Origin: an uncultured bacterium
Lineage (GTDB): Bacteria > Auribacterota > JACPWU01
NCBI GenBank assembly: GCA_964640155.1
Contig: CAZXEQ010000003.1
Location: forward strand, 325,498-357,497
Direction of reading: 5' to 3'
Length of the DNA: 32,000 bases
Part shown: one piece after another, positions 15,601 to 17,876 of the stretch
How positions within the stretch are numbered: the stretch's first letter is position 1
How the letters are laid out: every line of letters starts with the position of its first letter
The notes under the pieces: generated by a model
Databases searched by the model: none
Seen by the model: the letters and a program-made list of their open reading frames with translations, nothing else
What the model was told of the DNA's origin: nothing
Program-made: the position numbers and the translations under genes

Positions 15601-17679
15601 CGAGGATTTTCTAGTTTACAAAAAGAAATCTATAATAGACCTGTAAGAGAAGGGTTAAAGAGTGGGGGGTGGGTCGGAGCAACTTTTGATAGAGAGAAAG
15701 TCACGACTGTATCTCGGATTGCCAATGATTCTGGAGGGGAAGACTTTAATTCTACTCAAACTTTAAATGCTAATGATCAGAAAACGTTAACTCAAGTTAT
15801 TGAATCTTTATCTGAAGAAGACAGGGCTCATCTTCAAGGATTAGAAGAGTTAGGGGGCAAAGTCACGGTTGTTTTTATTGATGGGCTGGATGAAGCAGTA
15901 AAGGCAGAACTTCGTGAAAAAGGGAAAACAGTTCCTTCTGATTGTTATGGAAGTCATTATGGTTTATCACGTCCACAAATTTATCTAGATAGAAATTTAT
16001 TAAAAGATCCTATTCAACTGCGAATACATCTGCATCATGAGTTAGCCGAGCGTGAAGCTGTGATTCGTGCTCTTGTCTCACCAGGGTATCCCGATTGGCG
16101 TAAGAATCGAACAGATCCTAATGTTGTTAAAATTATTCACACAATGACCCATCAAAAACACAATGAACTTCTTCTCGAAGAGAGAAGAATGCCTTCGTCA
16201 CCAGCGTATGGAAAAGAAAATGCTGAGGTGGAAGCTTTACTTCATCAGCTTGACCATTCAAAAAATATTTTTTGGATGTATCTTAAGAATGATGCCAAAG
16301 CTCGCCAAATTATGAGAGAGAGGCTTTATAAGTTACTAATTCAGGGACATTTGCGTGAAAGGATTAAGTCCAGACTTTCTAGTCAAGGTTTGCAATCTAT
16401 TACAGTGACAATGGGCGGAGCATCTTTATGGCGTTCAGAAAAGGATACGACTTTAGATGTAGATATATCAATTCTTACCGATGGCGATGTGAAGGATCAG
16501 GGAATATGGAGATCGGATGATTTTCTAGATATTGACTTTTCAATTTTAGGGCGTGAGGCAATTCGTCGTAAAACAGAAACAAGATTTTTAGGGCTTTTGG
16601 AGTTAACAAGCCTCACCATTATTGGCGATGCAGGATCTAGGGATTATTCTGTCGAAGACTTAGCTGAAGTGGCTGAACTTTTCATGAGAAAAGGGGACAG
16701 TGCATCTTCTCTTGGTGACACAGAAAAACAGGGCAAGAAATATTTGATGGCGTACGTACTTCTACATCATTTCTTGAGTGAAAAAGTGCGTCGAAAAGTT
16801 TCGGATTGGATTTTTGATGGGATACCATTTGAGACTTATTTCCTGAAATATTTTAAAGGTGAAATCAGTCATTTGCCATGGGGATTGGAAGTAAGTGATA
16901 GAGAAGATCGTTTCTCGGAGGTTTCTGGCATTTTATATAGAGAGCTCTCAATTTTGAGAACGAATGCTATTTTTTCTCAGCTGAGAGATATTCTTAAGTC
17001 TGACGGGACGGAATTTATAGAAGCATTAGATAAAAAATTGGTAGATATTCTTAATCATGATTATGCTCATTTAGATGAGCGTACGAGAGATCGTTTGATA
17101 AGTGGGGTTCTGAAAAAAATTTATGAATCGAAACATCCACTTGTAATCTCTCAAGAATTTGAACGGCTTCTCAGAAAAGAAGGTTTCTCTGAATTTGGAA
17201 TTGCAGGTCTTGAAGCCTTGGCTGGAACGAAATTTTTTATACAAATAATGCATCAGGTTGGAGAAGGACGCGGATGGTATGAAGATAGTCAAATGCATAG
17301 GCAGTTTATAGAAATATATATGCGATCCCTGCTAAAGGCACAAGGTGTAGATATGCCATCTGGAAGTGCAAATAAATTGATTGCTTATGCTCTGGCGAAG
17401 TTAACAAATGATTCAGCTTCCTCATTGCCCAACGAATCTTTTGATGCATTTTTGAGAAGAAAAGGATTAGAATTTCTTTCGGATCCTTGTACAACGTCAG
17501 ATCAAAGATCTCAGAGGCTTCGCCAGCTTGCCGAACGTATTGCTGTTTTATGCCCAGATGCTGAAACACCTATGATCTCAAAATTGGTTCAAAGCGAATT
17601 AGCCCGTATGTTGCCCCCAGCTCGGGTTTCAAGTATTTCGAGGACTCCTCGAGAAGCCGCATTTGCTCAAGCGGCTTAA
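1..17679 (+). CDS. Giant multidomain protein, 5'-truncated by the window edge (at least 5,892 codons visible). Contains methyltransferase, SpoT-like HD, TPR-like scaffold, repeat arrays, domain X and an NTase-like domain.
   Basis: Frame 1 is uninterrupted from nt 1 to TAA at 17677-17679, in AT-rich DNA where stops are frequent by chance. The 17 codons before the first Met (nt 52) are also open. That Met sits inside a unit (HVAMRLFVSQGWMTR) that parallels a second copy (LKEAFTLLEQQGWLTR, ~nt 480-530), so the real start lies upstream. Enzyme motifs and in-frame protein repeats occur throughout, and the opposite strand carries only short ORFs. Confidence 0.96.
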   Translation, partial: GEIIRTTKGSPGYLHVAMRLFVSQGWMTRKGEEGTDNLTYTLTEDGTYILSLLDYYGPVAEFIDQAVGIDDYLFGKSRAPPADGQKKSYAQLIELSKNQWNLPPETDSRKKMLRERVIQQLNGMLLGPTMVALGMRGVFDQFNPETHSVTINQIQGNAKHLKEAFTLLEQQGWLTRNGDVFTLTHDGRSAAVLASAYGVTTSYLPLFSKLKELLKGQSREALFPRDKNNNETHVNRPMNVWASGGAHIAYFKEADKMIIEIFNRPLEEQPRGIADMGCGDGAFLIHLHEIVMRTKRGEKIKETLTKILELEREPALIKDGGAKHQEYLLAKAEYEKYKLVIVGADFNKEPRIITQGNLEKAGIKDAKIIFGNINDPKKYAEDLRALGLDPKSLLHVRSMLDHNRPYVTPKNTDHIRADRKADSGSYVNDGQVIPNNQLQQNLVEHLEGWQEHCVGDAGLLVIELHTIPPELAATKIGDTLATPYDAHHGFSDQYIAEIPTFVGAATEAGLELVEQKAFPTTTPEAATVSINYFRASAKKKVQVSWARSFGKVYAVHDGPDGIYQALRSEITKKDPQFNFDLLEKAYRFGAEKYRDIRHDGRPYIVHPLEIALYLVRVLGIVDQDAILAAILHDLVEDENVLLNEIKEMFGENVRALVDDLSEDSSYLEEQDKVYKAQNGQELTGKLAMKIEHIERVDKKSGKLCIIIKIVNRLHNLLSNEYPVRKANYGMNLLEIQRWRVFLDHHVSDIPPPLMEDIRYFLGRNKKSPDLTPEGAEITVTHDERNAPLGKRIKDSEVTELSIDEDGSLKAALVIHDSNKSESERIRDSRKWKVEDVKKAGTKLLSARNKLMQTLEARLANPESSLAKTYQYLIAAGKIENQEAFKNLLLEKAKQMSLLVVGDEQDLLSAVIHQDGPYMHCRRGVSGRPPALWMGYITLKRMSEEMLTRALLDEALHVAFPEEEHRDKKGNGTLLHDQELYEHCDQILRFANIDYIYQKMYQAQQGIIGNLEILRMDIDTISEEDILALKKIADEHPSDRISLDSREEIERCIGISRRFFDEARRIVQKLPSYLEDDVQEIAEEIRDAIRISSEEMNKNLDLAYRQWLEHRFFENPGESQPITPPAAFCQFDAAPNSLDAIMTEIRKAYGKNRFDEVLRLGSSLADAIQKGLAIPDDVHVMIGKGFLDRARRMKTQGKIENAIRDFDRAIESFVTMRDKGAVKVGEASVEKPVLIEEVSREIVVYAEGYVEKEKENSREIPLEVHFALGRAYLWSAICEKSEGNIAKAMQHCARAMDFLTHYAAATQTPVVRGAALLGARKAPTQGFNDNAMLYLSQAMIENGIIQMFAGSYDAARQIFQQTLTSNTRLGEKKAELQKFVQICKDFISVDKEIVQFSGSKDADASSLLGKLADLESRTRNNEDLPCAAAQIFLYRWMIYWKLKDASQAETNFQKALESRDDRFLIAFRSLINAMSKAKVLWNRDFLQAIAAKKGQPFLRRFLREIVKDYYRSLDLKEFREAVMEVLGFKSFREYVEWLLQEEQERAVVGVAPKKADVGSPINHPGLVAPLIEAIQVLPSDDERKVLAARPDISATPVLQAALRGEIRPIADVIRISLELRDELEKIQKIDVEVGDQIEIRQKCIDIAKKFKDVWLFTESDLVSAFWDKFFTVFSGEMNPDIEEALKIGLAWIERHSHKSHEHQRSYMYYQCGQIYYMTNLRAEATACFQKVIEQSSSAELKIRSYFSLGSLLYLEVRDLEDGAEKTSKLKQAKDLVARTLTQEALKIGAIDASVGHMMLSYICAELCEYKEAYEHLMNAKTYPGNFLYAKRKFLKSFGERFESLTSGEDLKVYKDFLVFACKQENQELRDQLIRFRSVKNRAWVRAVMEVLSNKGIALKQREAAIAFLRGMDLETESAGLIGILREQAGFALKQQPHFLWEGLELLRTCPTPEAKAFIQEILDNGNYAKAAGYRVEKINTIAKARDQYESLPDVFEVSDERAKTSKYCLTRKEWSQMLLDYWPSDSEWDEYVLERESSKLSDKFERLSVHEIRKQIEKAREEGLAYDAIIGQLEALNVSRINVNEELKNSQIRLARAQKLMDEGNFSEAAVMLYEILTGRSRVRVVGLEMIIAHERNGEDKDVFVVVLKAWELLERANYFMETRPGDSMPTLEYAKALIEKWKDKDEELRTKDPVDIMEVVRALYFLERPQDALRVLELIPPVFFDNYGYFALWRLRLMFKTDDDRFLGEYERVKEMTDPKAKNLLGKFCRERGLFSESMEAFQDAYTGADFKLTNTNETRPGAFIDAVQAAQVPIREVFEDAFLSCFDMMLGSSLRNKGADFVRVHLHENAFADMILMSAEMLYEAGCYLEALNLLNQRLNQIKEKKHLIEYHQCRGKILAALNRDDEALKAYEEAVKIDASKFEHWRDLIGIYYEKKDRSNTIRCIKRAMSVGASAETSYCVEDILKRVLGGEDDSKLWLADLLSDHSIASPVEGIVFGGEGEERNVQFTALEAQVEKVFGAKINFVFSENDIKTKNISDEIFNKIKTATKTKSPYLEEVLGEGMFNAMVQEAMRADCLGEILNLLFSEAASNITVSKGKGVAKAGRRNETLKVDGPIINAKLINMGVQVIQRLKIQGDTSLLEKIAKGPWVAETPEFQKALKGEVVRVSTAALTPDAQGPPSPGKDPDATASEVSGDEDAAILAALKECIQAYSSNQTLLAFQKALELAPRFKNLSNNPTKNPKDLETFAGEAAVLIDILSKYGDIRFDASLEEGLKAVLDWTVRAGPAFKILRVLAVHYRGKLYLKAQQFAKSRAFFATALALDPSEVKNVLPDIAEAYFQEMRMSSDVNQRRKLAQEAIPVIENDSSCNSLIALGWFYAEVGSYDKVFGVIKKLNAQRAVLAKGGKDQEKVDVDLIFRSMMARCFETLREKDIETQVRFIQVLISNQLESAFAETLERGKEQGPLWTQALIIVLNQEMSSTEKDRLIQLLKGADFRGAEEQWLEILRQKADLSDAKKKEAFFKFAIPVSARCFSLEVRDFLQTLKPGFSSSKDTTLAQAIDQAVASIEGNQAIETKISEGTSYLTLKEWQASLRRELPLAGEWDEWMLEVETAKFLEEFPWMKARKIRDELVKARQSKLDIEAVRFNLKTLEEEIQRQFFKDKNLSQLESIEQEIHKLVENGQWDEAFGYITLAREGNAKKGFPGYYQLWRNASGEEKDKYLKKLQEIRDFAEHWFFLWRFESDLKEAAKGQKGSAIDIAYERMVKPYIDTPSKLALKAPVDLGEIATCFYVVGAKRKDTALQDKAREILESINLQEVLKTDSVNIHRVVSAFKNILGYERAKAVLDMIDLAIIKKDQRLRGLYLLVFSRLNAEDAFVVEADSFERDFPDHAPHYLGLTYEARENQEKSLAYYDRAFQEAQIHGWSEKYLREHSLWLRPAGMASVEYRIRRLRGLVTDSEYHWVELIDVLSSSGRYLESMRLAKEKMRSVSPKNQIELQCHIGACYENMERREEAFTAYEAARLKSTANVETWDRIQVFCVSSFLVRHPKAGEWIKHFYNEAIKTRNTGIIDSFKNYFRKHGHPLDVNASGDITIRFLALEKIVKEACDLEITIQMPLNIACSSVVDREIGKIVIPHLKEKFPNLVGFIGDEIISGPHFDLEGKSPDFLLGLEEKLSKKETNIADAIEAGTSIISSGLVKDVKALVNSLWTRVQAGDAQAKIWLGALAQVEGVTGDFGDISIELEDGNKIIRFKKMEEDLQRDHGVHVDLVVRVSEFKDYDPRAVLDEIEGRMSADIEARLESSSNVTRALFEKWKSALVSGSLKDAGVLIRPLWKRVKAADAQARQWLADLVGLEQGRGDFGEIRIELGAKGNELCLNQVGADLIEEKLLRDDSRDEMLAGLQNALTFGLVSNPAILINSLWAKVVSGNPQAALALGRVVETVADVDGEYGTLRIETREGGVKVLHRRDFEDQFEQAFGERMPFVLTPAELKESGLKDVRAEITAYVQRKLLEKSDGETRTKVLSGLKTFFDLGLVSTETLIESFWTGAVSGDAQARESLCDVAQMDGVVGPFGKLNIQARDDGRKTFRFIEIEENFESTFSSKSNLSVSIEEFKKTGFDTVEERIAGCVLEIFKTAGQKDKDVIAGIDLALEAGLIRNAGAIMRTLLVEVKMGNDRARKWLCDVARLERAKGDFGEISIESDTRGKVLRFKEMQRLFRNAFEEGISFVEPIDQFEKEGLALIQKRIVGFVEKKMAQSDEMRGKMLKGFEAAVASGLVSDAGILVRSLYERVLKGESEGRVFLTELAAREKVLGDFGDIAIEKVDEQIVIRFRMTLGESTEFTASPEEFGQLNLPKAKEAITQSFESDLMNEDRGVREAAITRFKQTPIFSLLAENLVRSIWGKVLQGNASARRALCVLARDAGVRGDFEVIEILDSPALGVKLRLKDMESKFNEIVGKSVTFMMDVVEFEGTGLSRIQAQIISGLERGLLSDDEPIRAAAFAGFKKALEFGLVTDASILAKPLWEKAAKGDASARNDLCDFIAAGHLKGNFEGFSVVEDGRAVRLSAAEKELGEAFQGINLTISIEEFRASGLAGIQSKIIQYVIEKLESVDEAEQDKGIVALQKALQTHILPDARAIVSQLWKKVEAENVQARTALVKLLLNVEGDFEEVGIETVGEKKVLHLKEEERKYQEIFGEKINILVPVSRFLSIGLDSTAQSIIQYTETRLSVADENARTRIFAKFKNAIDQGLIKNANDLVGALLDRVISGKEEDKWARVALSRFLSLNWAETEFDGIVIEKRSKGKGSDEEKVIHFLRIENESKKNFSLGKKDILSITLVELETQGSEGILNKIMGFIKSERKYLLEILDEVKLRELLREGLENRDMEDLVVDLSYFAAKKLRETRITYLPLNSIRELLKDQKCERKDLTQVLEMLQSLRRLAGGGSVSFKKVEEETQDVLVITLPASVPRETMKQYLDREDVKGRLDPVILGYANECESKKAPIYRVILSDGSLVDSGIVDRGTLKSKQILKRLPQRGYASLEKIEGEKGGVLVFNLSDLISKETIKQYFEEQRVKSYLKFIIERYVDEYGFEKAPSYQVLLSDGSQIDDEGVKEEIEVIIKAIINERKRMAEEAAASKNGETAIDGNGLNGGAGTNGANGANDGITHVEAGSVGVEVVIGTETGASETETGDGRGFSSLQKEIYNRPVREGLKSGGWVGATFDREKVTTVSRIANDSGGEDFNSTQTLNANDQKTLTQVIESLSEEDRAHLQGLEELGGKVTVVFIDGLDEAVKAELREKGKTVPSDCYGSHYGLSRPQIYLDRNLLKDPIQLRIHLHHELAEREAVIRALVSPGYPDWRKNRTDPNVVKIIHTMTHQKHNELLLEERRMPSSPAYGKENAEVEALLHQLDHSKNIFWMYLKNDAKARQIMRERLYKLLIQGHLRERIKSRLSSQGLQSITVTMGGASLWRSEKDTTLDVDISILTDGDVKDQGIWRSDDFLDIDFSILGREAIRRKTETRFLGLLELTSLTIIGDAGSRDYSVEDLAEVAELFMRKGDSASSLGDTEKQGKKYLMAYVLLHHFLSEKVRRKVSDWIFDGIPFETYFLKYFKGEISHLPWGLEVSDREDRFSEVSGILYRELSILRTNAIFSQLRDILKSDGTEFIEALDKKLVDILNHDYAHLDERTRDRLISGVLKKIYESKHPLVISQEFERLLRKEGFSEFGIAGLEALAGTKFFIQIMHQVGEGRGWYEDSQMHRQFIEIYMRSLLKAQGVDMPSGSANKLIAYALAKLTNDSASSLPNESFDAFLRRKGLEFLSDPCTTSDQRSQRLRQLAERIAVLCPDAETPMISKLVQSELARMLPPARVSSISRTPREAAFAQAA
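697..1606 (+). other. Class I SAM-dependent methyltransferase domain (ORF-A)
   Basis: Motif I IADMGCGDG (817-843). Post-I acidic strand VIVGADFN (1021-1041). Further matches are LLHVRSMLDHNRPY and LLVIELH (~1375-1395). These give the Rossmann-fold order expected for class I methyltransferases, with an unusually long insert between motif I and post-I. Confidence 0.75.
1720..2225 (+). other. RelA/SpoT-type HD domain ((p)ppGpp hydrolase-like, HD_4 type) without a synthetase domain (ORF-A)
   Basis: RHDGRPYIVHPLEIALYLVRVLGIVDQDAILAAILHDLVEDENV...FGENVRALVDDLSE...IVNRLHNLLS. H is at 1816-1818, HD at 1894-1899, ED at 1906-1911 and NRLHN at 2131-2145. This matches the RSH hydrolase signature (HP..vA, LHDvvED, FG..Va.LV, aDRLHNm). 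Confidence 0.85.
6019..7590 (+). repeat. Paralogous ~530-aa module, copy A (ORF-A)
   Basis: It aligns by eye with copy B along its whole length. Matches are CLTRKEWSQMLLDYWPSDSEWDEYVLERE / YLTLKEWQASLRRELPLAGEWDEWMLEVE; MDEGNFSEAA / VENGQWDEAF; KDPVDIMEVV / KAPVDLGEIA; EYHQCRGKILAALNRDDEALKAYEEA / ELQCHIGACYENMERREEAFTAYEAA; NVQFTALEAQVEKVFGAKINF / ITIRFLALEKIVKEACDLEITI. Confidence 0.7.
7171..7353 (+). other. Example TPR-like repeat pair in the ORF-A helical scaffold
   Basis: EYHQCRGKILAALNRDDEALKAYEEAVKIDASKFEHWRDLIGIYYEKKDRSNTIRCIKRAM fits the TPR consensus (small/large residue pattern, A..y..Al..d). Similar units occur near 3780-3900, 5090-5260, 8400-8530, 10190-10270 and 10500-10590. 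Confidence 0.5.
9259..10860 (+). repeat. Paralogous ~530-aa module, copy B (ORF-A)
   Basis: Same alignment as copy A. The offset between matched anchors is constant at about 3.24-3.27 kb. Similarity is at the protein level only (divergent). Confidence 0.7.
11041..14600 (+). repeat. Array of 10 tandem ~120-aa protein repeats (ORF-A)
   Basis: Recurrent unit: ..GL(V/I)xxaxxLvxxLWxxVxxGdaqArxxLxxla...GdFGxIxIExxxxgxxvlrFkxmExxFxxxFgxxisfxvxxeEFxxxGLxxixxxIxxyv. Anchor codons are at 11101, 11476, 11740, 12115, 12478, 12841, 13186, 13549, 13906 and 14266. Spacings are 345-375 nt, with one short 264-nt unit. Confidence 0.85.
14853..15348 (+). repeat. Tandem duplication of a ~93-aa module (ORF-A)
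   Basis: SVSFKKVEEETQDVLVITLPASVPRETMKQYLDREDVKGRLDPVILGYANECESKKAPIYRVILSDGSLVD (14853-15066) versus YASLEKIEGEKGGVLVFNLSDLISKETIKQYFEEQRVKSYLKFIIERYVDEYGFEKAPSYQVLLSDGSQIDD (15133-15348). Confidence 0.75.
15433..15603 (+). other. Gly/Asn/Thr/Glu-rich low-complexity linker (ORF-A)
   Basis: NGETAIDGNGLNGGAGTNGANGANDGITHVEAGSVGVEVVIGTETGASETETGDGR lies immediately before the GFSSL start of domain X. Confidence 0.7.
15604..16110 (+). other. Domain X, copy 1 (unrecognised conserved domain; ORF-A)
   Basis: GFSSL...VVFIDGLDEAVK (15868-15900)...SDCYGSHYGLSRPQIYLDRNLL...LHHELAERE (16030-16056)...PDWRKNR. The same ordered motifs occur twice in ORF-B. Confidence 0.7.
16330..16660 (+). other. Pol-beta-superfamily nucleotidyltransferase-like domain (ORF-A)
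   Basis: ITVTMGGASLWRSEKDTTLDVDISIL fits hG[GS]-x(9-13)-Dh[DE]h. GG is at 16414-16419 and DVD at 16456-16464. A further acidic strand, DFLDIDFSIL, lies about 20 aa downstream. Confidence 0.55.
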
Positions 17680-17786
17680 TTTTGTGAAAACGCTGTCTTC
17701 TAAATGTAACCCGTGTATTTCCTACTCTCTGTCAGACGAATTTGTAGAGAAAATTAAATGTGCAAAGAGCAGGGAATAAAAAGTAT

Positions 17787-17876
17787 ATGAAGAAATATTT
17801 TTGCAAATTCATAACCATTCTTTTATCTCTTTTTCTCTTTTTTGATTTTACGACAAGAGAAGCACAACTTTTTGCT
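17787..17876 (+). other. Sec-type signal peptide of ORF-B
   Basis: MKKYFCKFITILLSLFLFFDFTTREAQLFA|SD has a basic n-region, a 12-residue hydrophobic core, and small residues at -1 and -3-like positions. There is no lipobox. Confidence 0.7.

Noticed and set aside
16030-16056. A zincin metalloprotease motif in domain X (LHHELAERE / LHHEVQERK).
   Set aside because: The motif is HHExxE, not HExxH, and no downstream third zinc ligand pattern (for example ExxxD or a Met-turn) could be identified. It is kept only as 'conserved His/Glu cluster of unknown function'.
17680-17786. A Rho-independent terminator between ORF-A and ORF-B (also checked 30591-30640 and 30846-30960).
   Set aside because: No GC-rich inverted repeat followed by a U-tract was found, only short imperfect palindromes of 4-5 nt.
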